From Eledone cirrhosa (taxonomy: Eukaryota), in assembly GCA_964016885.1 (NCBI GenBank), contig OZ024741.1, positions 267,406,001-267,470,000 of the forward strand: a DNA stretch of 64,000 nt, read 5' to 3'. The position numbers and the translations under genes are program-made. Shown here in pieces: positions 35,806 to 49,854 of the stretch. Numbering within the stretch: the stretch's first letter is position 1; each line of letters starts with the position of its first letter. Under the pieces are notes generated by a model. The model worked only from the letters and a program-made list of their open reading frames with translations, was not told where the DNA came from and did no database searches.

Positions 35806-36452
35806 ATATATTATATATATATATATAATATATATATATATTATATATATATATATACATATATATATATTATATATATATATTATATATATATATATAT
35901 TATATATATATTATATATTATATATATATATATTATATATATATATTATATATATTATATATATATATTATATATATATATTATATCTATTATATATATA
36001 TATTATATATATATATTATATATATATATATTATATATATATATTATATATATATATATTATATATATATATTATATATAGTATATATATTATATATATA
36101 TATTATATATGTATATAATATATATGTGTATTTATTATATATATCTATATATTATATATATCTATATTATATATATATATTATATATATATATTATATAT
36201 ATATATATATATTATATATATATATTATATGTATATATATATTATATATATATATATATAATATATATATATATATTATATATATATATTATATATATAA
36301 AATACGTAGTTTAGAAAGCCACAACAATGCAGATGGGAAATCTCGAGGTAGGAAGTGAATGATAGATAGGAGAAATAGGAGAAAGTGAAAATTGAGAGAG
36401 ACAAAGATGAAAACAAAACAAAGGTAGAAGGGTTACCATAGTGGAGATTTAA

Positions 36453-36488
36453 TCCCAATATTTCGGGCTCACGCCCATCAACGGGGGA
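36453..36488 (-). ncRNA. Ultra-minimal HHR-like motif, core CCGUUGA, within insert 36300-36560
   Basis: Minus: TCCC CCGTTGA T GGGC-GTGA-GCCC GAA ATAT T GGGA; GNRA loop on stem II, palindromic stem III. Confidence 0.55.
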
Positions 36489-36559
36489 AAGTTCCAAAAA
36501 GGGGGGGGGAACAGGCTAAGCCGGAGAAAGTTGTGATGTCGTTAAAACAGGAATGCCGT

Positions 36560-36560
36560 A

Positions 36561-36614
<54 letters not shown>

Positions 36615-36634
36615 ATATATATTATATATATATA

Positions 36635-36685
<51 letters not shown>

Positions 36686-36715
36686 ATATATTATATATAT
36701 ACATATATATATTAT

Positions 36716-36759
<44 letters not shown>

Positions 36760-36796
36760 ATATATATTATATATATATATATATATTATATATATA

Positions 36797-36879
<83 letters not shown>

Positions 36880-37512
36880 ATATTATATATATATATTATA
36901 TATATATATTATATATATATATATATTATATATATTATATATATAAATTATATATATATATATTATATATATATATATATTATATATATATATATTATAT
37001 ATATATTATATATATATATATTATATATATATATATTATATATATATATATTATATATATTATATATATATATATTATATATATTATATATATATATATT
37101 ATATATATATATATTATATATATATATATTATATATATATTATATATATATTATATATATATATATTATATATATATTATATATATATATTATATATATA
37201 TATTATATATATTATATATATATATATTATATATATATATATATATTATATATATATATATTATATATATATATTATATATATATATATATATTATATAT
37301 ATATATATATATTATATATATATATATTATATATTTATATATATTATATATATATATATATTATATATATATATATTATATATTTATATATATTATATAT
37401 ATATATATTATATATTTATATATATTATATATATATATATTATATATATATATATATATTATATATATATATATATTATATATATTATATATATATATAT
37501 ATTATATATATA
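36560..37512. repeat. Long interrupted (TA)n microsatellite, one of dozens in the window
   Basis: About 950 bp of almost pure A/T alternation with TT interruptions. Confidence 0.98.
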
Positions 37513-37765
37513 TCATTTCATTCATTTCATTTCACGTCCGCTTTTTCCGTACTTGCAAGGGTGGGACGGGAACTGATTCTGGCTTGAGATCTACAGCTGG
37601 GTGCCCTTCCTAACACCAACCTCATTTACAGTGAGTGCTGGGTGCTTTTTTGCCGCGACCACTTTGTAGTGGAATGATAGGGACTCCAGTCCTATCATCC
37701 CATTTCTACAGCTGAGTAAACTGGAGCAATGTGAAATAAAGTGTCTTGCTCAAGGAATCAACACA
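37513..37765 (-). mobile_element. SINE, 5'-truncated
   Basis: Reverse complement of the SINE body and RTE-A tail. Confidence 0.85.
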
Positions 37766-37817
37766 TATATATTATATATATATATTATATATATATATTA
37801 TATATATATTATAATAT

Positions 37818-38287
37818 CTATCTATCTATCTAAGGCGGGTAAAATTCCCGAGATCCATGGACGAGTTCTCTCCAGCGGTCTCTGTCCCTCATTATCGCTG
37901 CCATATCCTGCATCTCCAACAGACCAGTGTCTGTCCTTAGGGCATCAACATATGTTAACCTTGGTCTTCCTCTTCTAGTGTGTCCATGCAGGGGCTCCCA
38001 AAGGAGCACTGAGTGCAATGTCAACTCTGGATGTCGGTGAGCATGTCCAGCCAACCTCAGTCTTCTCTGTGTCACTTTTGAGCTGACTTTTGGGATGCTC
38101 CCATACAGCTCTGAGTTCTTCATCCTCAGTGTATACTGATTAATGTTCAGAGCGATCCTCAGCATTCTCGTGTAGCACCCATCCACCATCTGAGTGAGTC
38201 TCTTGGTCAGTGTCCAAGTCTCAGACCCACACAGCAGCACAGACTCCACTACAGCAATGAAGAGGCGGACCTTCAGGTCTCTACGAT
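37818..38287 (-). mobile_element. LINE family D 3' fragment
   Basis: ORF 37830-38249 near-identical to 21665-22100; (GATA)n tail. Confidence 0.9.
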
Positions 38288-38355
38288 ATATATTTTATAT
38301 ATATAATATATATATAATATATATATTATAATATATAATATATATAATATATATA

Positions 38356-41300
38356 TTTTGATTTTGTATCAGTACTGTCGGTAATATATGTATATATATG
38401 TGTTTGTGAGTGGTGTGTGTGATTGTATGCATGAATGAGTGTTGGTATGTGTGGTTGTGGTTTGTATGCATGAGTATTGGTGTGTGAGTGTTTGTGTGTG
38501 CGTCGTGTCAATAAGTTGTTTTTTTTTTTGTTTTTTTTTTAATGACCATGCTGTAAAATGGAGGGGTAGAGAGGGCCCTTGAGTCTAGTAAGACATCCTC
38601 TCTAGTGCTGGTGGCACAAATAAAAGCACCCAGTCCATGCTGTAAAGTGGCGCTGGTGTTAGGAAGGGCATCCAACCAGTGTATCAATGCCAAAAAGCTT
38701 ATCAGCACAGCAACAAAACAGCATAGGAACAACAACAAAAAAAATATGAAGACGTCGCATCTCAGAGTTGCAACACTTAATGTTGGCACTCTCAGAGGTA
38801 GATTTGCTGAAATAGCGGAGATGCTGGAGAGAAGGCAGGTGGATGTGTGCTGCGTGCAAGAGGTGAGATGGAGAGGTGCCTCTGCGAGACTAGTCGTAGG
38901 CAAGCGTCTTAGCTATAAGCTATTCTGGGTAGGTAAGGATGATGGGTTAGGGGGAGTAGGCATTTTCCTGGCTGAGAAATGGATCAATAAGACAATAGAG
39001 GTAGTTCGAGTTAGTAATCAAATAATTAAGCTTAGATTAGTTGTAGGTAGGAGACTACTGACAATCATCTCGGTCTATGCTCCCCAAGCAGGCCTAGGCA
39101 AAGATGAGAAAGACTGCTTTTATGAGCAACTTTTGCAAACAACCACAATGACAGAGGACGGAGACATCGTTATGCTAGCAGGAGACTTCAATGGTCATGT
39201 TGGACAGCTCCAGGATGGTTACACTGGGGTACATGGTGGGTACGGTTACGGTTCAAGAAATGAAGAAGGAGTGAGACTTCTTGAATTTTGTGATGCAAGT
39301 ACATTGACTATTTGCAACACAAACTTCCAGAAACCTGCCAATCACCTAATAACCTACAAATCTGGTGAGCACATAAGCCAGATTGACTTCCTGCTCGTTA
39401 GGCAGCGGGACAGGCAGATAGTGTCTAATACCAAGGCATACCCTGGGGAAGAATGTACCCCACAGCATAGGTTAGTTGTTAGTGATATCTCAGTAAGCAA
39501 GAGATGGAATGAGACATATAGGAAGGTGTGGAGAAGAAAGGTCTGGAAGCTAAAAGACCTTTCACTAAAATACAAATTTAGGAAAGCCCTTCAAGATGTA
39601 TATGACGAAAAAGAAGACGATTTAGAGACGTATGACATAGATAATAACTGGAAGTTCTTACGTGACAACTTGCTGCAGGCTACTGATGAAACCTGTGGCT
39701 GGAGCAGAGCTCCAACCAGACAGAGAGTGACCTGGTGGTGGAACAGCACAGTAGATAAGGCTATTAGAGACAAAAGACTAGCATGGAAGGCTTGGAAAAA
39801 AGGGTGGGAGTAGGGAAGAATATACAGCCACTAAGAGAGAAGCTAGACGTCAGGTGTACTTAGCACGCAGGGAGGCAGAGAGTAGGAGGTTTGCCAATGT
39901 TCTGCGACGGGAAGATCAGAGGCGTGCGGTGTTCCACATTGCAAGGCAGTGTGTCAATGCAAATCAGGATGTTGTTGGTGATAAATGTGTCCGGGATGAT
40001 GCCGGTGTACTTAGTGTCACGAATGACCAGAAAAAGGAGGCCTGGAAATGTCATTATGAGAGACTGATGAATGTGGAGAACGAATGGGAGAGAGAGAAAT
40101 TACCCTTGGTAGATCCGACAGAGGGACCAGCTATTGAGATTGACGAATATAGGGTCCAAGAGGCGATTAGGGAAATGAAAAATGGTAAGGCGGCCGGACC
40201 ATCGGGAATAGTTGCTGAGATGCTGAAGGCATCAGGGGACGTAGGCACTAAACTGGTTGCACGCATAATCAATCAGGCTATATATGGTGGTGTCATACCC
40301 AAAGACTGGTGCAGCAGTATTCTCATAAATTGCTACAAAGGTAAAGGGGATGCTTTGGAGAGGAGCAATTATAGGGGTATAAAACTGATAGATCAGGTTA
40401 TGAAAGTGGCAGAAAGGATTCTAGCACAACTAATTAGAGAAAGGGTCAAACTAGATGAGATGCAGTTTGGTTTTGTGCCTGGGAAGAGTACAACAGATGC
40501 CCTCTTCTTAGTGAGACAAATGCAAGAGAGGTTCTTAGAGAAGAATAAGCCACTATACTTAGCCTTTGTTGACCTAGAGAAGGCCTTTGATAGGGTACCC
40601 CGATCTGTCATCTGGTGGTCCCTAAGGAAGCTGGGTGTTGAGGAATGGCTTGTAAGGACAGTGCAAACTTTGTACAGAGGTACTCTCAGTAAAGTCAGGG
40701 TAGGAATGGAGTTTAGTGAGGAATTCCAGATACAAGTAGGAGTACATCAGGGTTCGGTCCTCAGCCCGCTCTTGTTCATTATAGTCCTCCAAGCCATAAC
40801 AGAGGAGTTTAAGACTGGCTGTCCATGGGAACTTCTCTATGCTGACGATCTGGCTCTTATAGCAGAATCAGTAGAGGAGCTAGAGAATAAATTCCGGCTA
40901 TGGAAACAGCAGTTGGAAGCAAGAGGACTGAGAGTAAATCTAGCTAAGACAAAAGTGTTGATGAGTAGAAAAGAGGACAAAACCCTGATTCCGTCAGGGA
41001 AATGGCCATGTTCGATATGCAGAAAAGGAACTGGCATAAATTCTATAAAATGCACACAATGCAGGTCCTGGGTACACAAGAGATGTAGCGGGATAGCAGG
41101 CAAACTAACAGGTAGGGAGAAATATGTATGCAGTAGATGTACAGGGAAATTAGACAGTAGAAGTCGCACTGATAGACACATTTTTCAAATGCGAGAGGGC
41201 GCTATAGAAGTGGTGGATAGCTTCCGGTACCTAGGAGATCAGATTAGCATGGGAGGAGGGTGTTCCGAGGCCATAGTATCTAGAATAAGGACGGGTTGGA

Positions 41301-41835
41301 AGAAGTTTAGGGAGCTGCTTCCTCTGTTGACGAAGAAGGGTTTCTCCCTGCGTACGAAAGGCCGGTTGTATGATGCCTGTGTGAGGAGCGCGATGCTGCA
41401 TGGTAGTGAGACATGGGCAGCAACCGCAGAGGATATGCGACGGCTGGAGAGAAATGAGGCAAGCATGCTCCGTTGGATGTGCAGTGTAAATGTGCGTGAA
41501 CGACCCAGCATAAATGTGTTGAGAGAGAAACTGTGTCTGAGAGGGATAGAATGTAGTGTACGGGAGAGGAGACTGAGGTGGTATGGACATGTGATGCGCA
41601 TGGAGGATGACCGATGGGTGAAGAAGTGCCAGGAAATGCCAGTTGAAGGAAGACGTGGTAGAGGTAGACCACGAAAAACATGGGCGGAGGTGGTGAGAAC
41701 AGACCTCAGATCATTGAAGCTCACGGTGGAGATGACGAGGGACCGTGACGAGTGGAGAGATGCTGTGCTGAATAAGACCCGTCCCACCCTTGCAAGCAAG
41801 GAAAAGCGGACGTAAAATGATGATGATGATGATGA
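38356..41835 (+). mobile_element. Second near-identical RTE family A copy with one +1 frameshift
   Basis: ATG 38746 to stop 41815 is 1 nt longer than copy 1; extra A in the run at 39796-39801. Confidence 0.95.
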
Positions 41836-41863
41836 TATATATATATATATTATATATATATAT

Positions 41864-41864
<1 letters not shown>

Positions 41865-41895
<31 letters not shown>

Positions 41896-42410
41896 TTTAC
41901 GTCCGCTTTTCTCTGCTTGCAAGGGTGGGACGGGAACTGATTCTGGCTTGATTTCTACAGCTGGATGCCCTTCCTAACACCAACCTATTTACAGTGAGTG
42001 CTGGGTGCTTTTTTCCGTGGCGCCTACACGTCCACTTTACAGTGTGGGCTGGATGCTTTTTTGCCGTGGCACCTCCAGGACCACTTTGCAGTGGGAGGGT
42101 GTGGGAGCATATTGTCTATATGCTTCAGCTTGTACCCATGGGAGGTCGGGTCCTCTGTATTACTGCGTTACGCCAGAGGTCACGGTCGTGTGTCATCACC
42201 TTTGAGAGGTGTAATTGGGTAAGGTCGAGTTTGATCACCTCATCCGAGGTCTTCTTCGGTCTCCCCACTTCGCGGTTTCCATTGACTTCTAGTGCTCTGC
42301 ACCTTTTTATGCAGCTGTCATCCTTCATACGCATCACATGTCCATACCAACGCAATCGCCTCTCCTGCACACAACATTTGATTCCTTTTATGCTCAGTCT
42401 CTCTCTCAAT
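41865..42410 (-). mobile_element. RTE family C 3' fragment with SINE-like 3' UTR
   Basis: [27 protein letters not shown]...GRPKK; diverged from A and B; ends in an RTE-A-type tail. Confidence 0.82.
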
Positions 42411-42412
42411 TC

Positions 42413-42452
<40 letters not shown>

Positions 42453-42514
42453 ACGGTAGATGTCTGTCTGTGTGGGTGTATGATTTTTATGCATGCATTT
42501 CCACATTTCTCTAC

Positions 42515-43250
42515 CGATATTGTTTTAATCTCCCCTCATCCTTAACAGCACTTTTCAACTGCATCTAACTCTTATTTATCACATCTATATGTATTAGTAT
42601 AATTTTATCAATATAAATATACCCATCAATTAAATTAATTTTATATCCTTTTCATAGATGTATTTTTTTCACTAACATCCTTATCTTAAAACTCTGGTCA
42701 CCCTAGATATTTGTATTGGCATTAATATACACTTTAGAAATTAATATATAAATTAATTTTAATTTAGTTAACCTATAATTAATATTCTACTACAGATGAA
42801 TTACAAATTTCTGCTTTAAATATTATAAACCTAATTAATATACACTTTAGAAATTAATATATAAACTATTTTTAATTTAGTTAACCAATAATTAATATTC
42901 TACTACTGATGAACTACATAATTTGGCTTTCCTTCTTACAAATATCATTTCCTAAAACTGATACCATTAAGTAAACATATGTAATTATTTTTAATTTAGT
43001 TAAGCTATAATTAATATTCTACTACTGATGAACTACATAATTCCGCTTTAAATATTATAAACCTAATTATTATACACCTTAGAAATTAATATATAAACTA
43101 TTTTTATTTTAGTTAACCTATAATTAATATTCTACTAATGATGAACTACATAATTTGACTTTCCTTCTTACAAGTATCATTTCCTAAAACTGATACCATT
43201 AAGTAAACATATATAATGCTTTAACTTCAGGTTATGACTCTATGTTCCTT
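42515..43250. repeat. AT-rich unclassified repeat with internal subrepeats; first ~200 bp recur at 46235-46431
   Basis: ttttaatctcccctcatcc...gtattggcat shared; aatattctactac.gatgaa repeated four times. Confidence 0.7.
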
Positions 43251-43476
43251 GAAACCTATATCATCATCATCAGGTTTAGCGTCCGTGTTCCACGCTTGCA
43301 TGGGTTTGGACGGGGGTTTTCCCACTTGAGGCAAGAGTGGTTGTCTTGCTATATTTACTATTTCCCACTAATAAATTTAATCCACCCCCCTCCCATAATT
43401 ATATGTATATGTAAGTGTGGATGTGTGTGTATATAAGTGTGTATGTATGTGTGTATGTAGGTGAGTGTAAAAATAT

Positions 43477-43510
<34 letters not shown>

Positions 43511-43578
43511 GTTGCTGAAAATATATATATATGTATATGTATATATATATATGTATATGTATATATGTATATGTATAT

Positions 43579-43607
<29 letters not shown>

Positions 43608-43609
<2 letters not shown>

Positions 43610-45583
43610 GTTGCTGAGATGCTGAAGGCATCTGGCTCGGTGGGACACACCTTGGTCACCCGGATAGTTAACCAAGTCGTACAGAATGGGGTTGTTCCGA
43701 AAGACTGGCATAGCAGCATCATCGTTAACTGTTATAAGGGTAAAGGAGATGCCCTAGATAGGAGTAACTATAGAGGCATTAAATTAATCGACCAGGTCAT
43801 GAAGGTCACGGAAAAAGTAATAGCGCAACTAATCAGAGAGAGAATTGACCTAGATGAAATGCAGTTCGGGTTTGTGTCAGGCAAAAGTACCACAGACGCT
43901 CTTTTCATTGTACGTCAACTACAGGAGAAGTACCTAGCTAAAGGTAAACCCCTCTACTTAGCTTTTGTCGACTTGGAGAAAGCCTTCGACAGAGTCCCCC
44001 GTTCCATTATCTGGTGGGCTCTTAGAAAACTAGGTGTTGACGAATGGCTTGTGAGAGCTATACAAGCCATGTATAAAGAAACAGTCAGCAAGGTTAGAAT
44101 TAACAACGAATATAGTGAAGAGTTTAGCGTAAAAGTTGGCGTCCATCAGGGCTCTGTTCTCAGCCCCCTACTATTTATTATTGCCCTTCAGGCTATAACA
44201 GGAGTTCAAGACCGGCTGCCCATGGGAACTCCTATACGCAGACGACCTGAGACTCATAGCTGAATCAATGGCCGAGCTAGAGAAGAAATTCCAAACATGG
44301 AAGCACGGCCTAGAATCAAAAGGCCTTAAAATTAACCTGGCTAAGACTAAAGTTCTAGTTTGTAGGAAAGAAAATAAGGCGGCGGTCCCTTCCGGGAAAT
44401 GGCCATGCTCAGTGTGTAGGAAAGGCATAGGTAGAAACTCCATTTTATGTCCCAAATGCAAAGTATGGGTGCATAAAAGATGTAGTGAGATCACAGGTAA
44501 GCTAACTAAGAACTTAGATTTTACATGTGGGCGGTGCTCTGGTGCAATAAGTAGCAGCGAGTGCCCACAAAATACTAACTCTTTCAATTGCGCAGAGGGC
44601 TCTATAGAAATAGTGGACAGCTTCCGTTACCTGGGTGACAAAATCAGCAGTGGGGGAGGGTGCTCCGAAAGTACAGTAGCTAGAGTCAGAACTGGATGGA
44701 AAAGGTTCAGAGAGCTTATACCACTATTAGCCGCTAAAGGGTTCTCCCTAAAAATGAAAGGCAGGTTGTATGATGCCTGCATACGAACAGCAATGTTGCA
44801 TGGCAGTGAGACCTGGGCATTGTGCGCAGAGGATATACGCAGACTAGAGAGGAACGAAGCTTGCATGCTCTGCTGGATGTGTAATAGTAATATACGTGAA
44901 CGGCAAAAGCATAAACGAACTAAGGAAAAAATTAGAAATAAGAGGGATCAGATGTTGTTTACTCGAGAGAAGGCTACGTTGGTACGGACACGTAATGCAC
45001 ATGAAAGTCGATAGCTGTATAACAAAGTGCAGGGCAATAAAGATAGACGGTAGCCACGGAATAGGCAAACCTAGAAAATCCTGGGACGAGCTGATAAACT
45101 CCGACCTCACACACTTACACCTCTCCAAGACAATGTCACTGGACCGAGACCTTTGGCGGTACTCAGTAATAGAGAAGACCCGCCTTACCTAAATACATAG
45201 TAAAACCTACTACAGCCAGTAGGCATCTCTAACAAAATACACCCCCGTCCCACCACCCACACCCCCATCCACACCACCCCTCCTATGTAAAGTTATGTTG
45301 GTGCCACAACATCCAGGCTGAAACAAATGAGATCGTGTAGGTGTCACGACAAAAAAACACACAGTCCACGCTGTAATGTGGCCGTGTAGGCAACACGGTA
45401 AAAACCTCCCAGTCCCACACTGTAAATGTGGTTGGTGTTAGGAAGGGCATCCAACTGTAGAAAACCTGCCAGACAGTCCTATGCGAGCAAGACAATCACT
45501 CTTGCCTCAAGTGGGAATACCCCCATCCAAACCCATGCAAGCGTGGAACACGGACGTTAAACGTTGATGATGATGCTGATGAT
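43608..45583 (+). mobile_element. RTE family B, 5'-truncated, frameshifted
   Basis: RT split across ORFs 43415-44263, 44268-45014 and 44896-45192; 3' UTR and (GAT)n tail. Confidence 0.93.
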
Positions 45584-45681
45584 GTGTATATGTGTGTGAG
45601 TGTGTGTTTATATATATATATATATATATGTCTGTGTGTGTGTATGTATATGTACATATGTATATGTACATATGTATATGC

Positions 45682-45739
<58 letters not shown>

Positions 45740-45765
45740 GTATATGTTTGTGTGTGTATGTGTAT

Positions 45766-45817
<52 letters not shown>

Positions 45818-45871
45818 ATGTGTGTGTGTATGTATGTGTATATATATGTAGGTATATATATGTATATATAT

Positions 45872-46210
45872 GGAGGCACATGGCTTAGTGGTTAGAGCAT
45901 TGGCCTTGCAATCGAAAGGTTGTGAGTTCAATTCTCAGACCGGGTGATGTGTTGTTTCCTTGAGCAAGACACTTTATTTCACATTGCTCCAGTTTACTCA
46001 GCTGTAGAAATGAGATGATAAGGACTGGGGTCCCTATCATTCCACTGTAAAGTGGACGTGGAGGTGTCACGGCAAAAAAGCACCCAGCACTCACTGTAAA
46101 TGAGGTTGGTGTTAGGAAGGGCATCCAGCTGTAGAAATCAAGCCAGAATCAGTTCCTGTCCCACCCTTGCAAGCAGGGAAAAGCGGACGTAAAATGAAAT
46201 GATGATGATA
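45872..46210 (+). mobile_element. Full-length tRNA-head SINE with RTE-A tail
   Basis: A and B boxes, core, tail matching the RTE-A 3' end. Confidence 0.9.
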
Positions 46211-46949
46211 TATATATATATATCATTTTTATATTCTTTTAATCTCCCCTCATCCTTAACAGCACTTTTCAACTGCATCTAACTCTTATCCATCTATATG
46301 TATTAGTATAATTTTATCAATATAAATATACCCATCAATTAAATTAATTTTATATCCTTTTCATAGATGTATTTTTTTCACTAACATCCTTAGCTTAAAA
46401 CTCTGGTCACCCTAGATATTTGTATTGGCATCACTATTTTATAACAGCAACTGCTTGTATACCTTCTACTGACCACCTGACCTAATTTCACCCCTAAAAT
46501 AAGTTCCAATTACTACTATTTTACCATTTGGCCAAATATTAACTTTCTATTGGTTAATTCTAAACCTGTTACCAAACAGACAGAATGTATTTGATCTTTG
46601 TTGGTTTTATTCAATGAACAAATAAAATTATTTCTGAGGTCAACATATGACCTACTTCTTCCCTAAAGTAATCCATTATTATATTGGATCTTTGTTGGTT
46701 TTATTCAATGAACAAATAAAATTATTTCTGAGGTCAACATATGACCTACTTCTTCCCTAAAGTAATCCTTCATTCATAATACTCTTTTCCATCCAAAACT
46801 GAAATCTACTTCCCCGACCCATAATTTAAGGTTCTCCTAATGCTATATCACTATCTTGACCCTCACTATCTCCTGATTGGTCAATTCAAAACCTGTTCCC
46901 AAACAGACCTATTGTATTGAATCTTTGTTCTTATCAATAAACAAGTATC

Positions 46950-47366
46950 ATTATTTCTGAAGACAAGGGCGGTGAATTGGCAGTATCGGTAGAGGGTCGG
47001 ACATGCTTTCCAGCATAGTTACGTCGCCTTACGATCTGAGTTCAAATCCTGCCGAGGTTAACTTTGCCTTTCATCCTTACGGGGTCGATAAAATAAAGTA
47101 CCAGTAACGTACTGGGTAATTGCTGGCCTTGTGCCAAATGTAGAAACAATTATTTCTGAAGACAAGGGTGGTGGATTGGCAGTATCGGTAGAGGGTCGGA
47201 CGCCATGCTTTCCAGCATAGTTACGTCCCTTTACGATCTGAGTTCAAATCCCGCCGAGGTTGACTTTGCCTTTCATCCTTACGGGGTCGATAAAATAAAG
47301 TACCAGTAATGCACTGGGTAATTGCTGGCCTTGTGCCTAAAGTAGAAACAATTATTTCTGAAGACA
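46950..47366 (+). mobile_element. Head-to-tail dimer of a second tRNA-derived SINE family
   Basis: Two ~200-bp units (tggcagtatcgg...gagttcaaatcc...ttcatccttacggggtcgataaaataaagtacc); ATTATTTCTGAAGACA at 46950, 47149 and 47351. Confidence 0.82.
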
Positions 47367-47576
47367 GCATATATATGTGAAGGTATGTATATTCCCTCTG
47401 ATAGTTTGTATAAATATTGTACATAGATCTATAGAATATGCATACCAATTCTAACACATATATATCCTAGAAACGATCGTAAAATAATGAATTTTTTTTT
47501 TGTTTAATATAAGGAACTGTTTCTTTGTTTATTCATTATTTTTTTAATAATTTATATATATATATATATGTATATG

Positions 47577-47905
47577 TATCATCATCATCATCATTTTATG
47601 TCCGCTTTTCCCTGCTTGCAAGGGTGGGACGGGTCTTATTCAGCACAGCATCTCTCCACTCGTCATGGTCCCTTGTAATCTCCACCGTGAGCTTCAATGA
47701 TCTGAGGTCTGTTCTCACCACCTCCGCCCATGTTTTTCGTGGTCTACCTCTACCACGTCTTCCTTCAACTGGCATTTCCTGGCACTTCTTCACCCATCGG
47801 TCATCCTCCATGCGCATCACATGTCCATACCACCTCAGTCTCCTCTCCCGTACACTACATTCTATCCCTCTCAGACACAGTTTCTCTCTCAACACATTTA
47901 AGCTG
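47577..47905 (-). mobile_element. RTE family A 3' fragment
   Basis: [26 protein letters not shown]...REKRT*. Confidence 0.92.
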
Positions 47906-47959
47906 GATCGTATATATATATATATATGTATATGTATATCTATGTATATGTATATATAT

Positions 47960-49328
47960 AAAATTAACCTGGCTAAGACTAAAGTTCTAGTTTGTAGGAA
48001 AGAAAATAAGGCGGCGGTCCCATCTGGGAAATGGCCATGCTCAGTGTGCAGGAAAGGCGTAGGTAGAAACTCCATTTTATGTCCCAAATGCAAAGTATGG
48101 GTGCATAAAAGATGTAGTGGGATCACAGGTAAGCTAACTAAGAACATAGATTTTATATGTGGCCGGTGCTCTGGTGCAATAAGTAGCAGCAAGTGCCCAC
48201 AAAATACTAGCTCCTTCAACTGCGCAGAGGGTTCTATAGAAATAGTGGACAGCTTCCGTTATCTGGGTGACAAAATCAGCAGTGGGGGAGGGTGCTCTGA
48301 AAGTACAGTAGCTAGAGTCAGAACTGGATAGAAAAAGTTCAGAGAGCTTATACCACTATTAGCCGCTAGAGGGTTCTCCCTAAAAATGAAAGGCAGGTTA
48401 TACGATGCCTGCATACGAACAGCAATGCTGCATGGCAGTGAGACCTGGGCATTGTGTGTAGAGGATATACGCAGACTAGAGAGGAACGAAGCTTGCATGC
48501 TCCGCTGGATGTGCAATAGTAATATACGTGAACGGCAAAGCATAAACGAACTAAGGAAAAAATTAGAAATAAGAGGGATCAGATGTTGTTTACTCGAGAG
48601 AAGGCTACGTTGGTACGGTCACGTGATGCGCATGAAAGACGACAGCTGTATAACAAAGTGCAGGGCAATAAAGATAGACGGTAGCCACGGAGTAGGCAGA
48701 CCCAGAAAAACATGGGACGAGCTGATAAATTCCGACCTCACACGCTTACACCTCTCCAAGACAATGTCACTGGACCGAGACCTTTGGCGGTACTCAGTAA
48801 TAGAGAAGACCCGCCTTACCTAAATAGAAAGTAAAAACCTACTACAGTCAGTAGGCATCTCTATCAAAACACACCCCCGTCCCACCACCTCCACCCCACC
48901 CACACCGCCCCTTTCAATGTAAAGTTATGTTGGTCCCACAACATCCAGGCCGAAACAAATGAGATCGTGTAGGTGTCACGACAAAAAACACACAGTCCAC
49001 GCTGTAAATGTGGCCGTGTAGGCAACACGGTAAAAACCTCCCAGCCCCACACTGTAAATGTGGTTGGTGTTAGGAAGGGCATCCAGCTGTAGAAAACCCG
49101 CCAGACAGTCCACGCTGTAATGTGGCCGTGTAGGCAACACGGTAAAAACCTCCCAGCCCCACACTGTAAATGTGGTTGGTGTTAGGAAGGGCATCCAACT
49201 GTAGAAAACCCGCCAGACAGTCCTATGCGAGCAAGACAACCACTCTTGCCTCAAGTGGGAAAACCCCCGTCCAAACCCATGCAAGCGTGGAACACGGACG
49301 CTAAACCTGATGATGATGATGATGATGA
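47960..49328 (+). mobile_element. RTE family B 3' portion
   Basis: KINLAKTK...PHD-like insert...EKTRLT*, premature TAG at 48329; 3' UTR with internal duplication. Confidence 0.92.
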
Positions 49329-49329
49329 T

Positions 49330-49393
<64 letters not shown>

Positions 49394-49854
49394 TGTTATA
49401 CTTTGGGATTTGCGTCTGTGTGAGTATGTGGGTTCGTACGTATGTAGGGTGTGTGTATATGTGTACTTTGTGTTTGGGTTGACGTACGTCTCCAAACATA
49501 TGTGTATTTACATGTAGGTATGTGTGTGTGCTTGTCATATACGTATTTACTTATTTATATACGCTTAATTATATGTATACATGCACACACACACACACAT
49601 ATATATATATTTTTTTTTATATATATATTTTTATGTGTATTTGGTGTATACATTTGTATGCATGCGGGTTCTTTTTTTTTTTTTGTGTGTACGTGCGTGT
49701 ATTTGTATACCTATGGCGAGTGTTTTCGCGTTTGCTTGTGTATGTACGTATATGGATGCGCGTATGTATTTATTTAATTTCATTTACCTCTGTATTTTAT
49801 TTACTTTATTCTTAACTCAGAAGCCGAGAATCATTCGATTTCCTCGTTAGAATT

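Noticed and set aside
42900-43150. CTGATGA motifs in the AT-rich subrepeats
   Set aside because: No stem II-GAAA-stem III arrangement follows; chance matches
45872-45945. tRNA-like sequence, also at 17840, 1560-1631, 62925 and 63880-63955
   Set aside because: Has A and B boxes but no proper acceptor stem and continues into the SINE body; SINE head, not a tRNA gene
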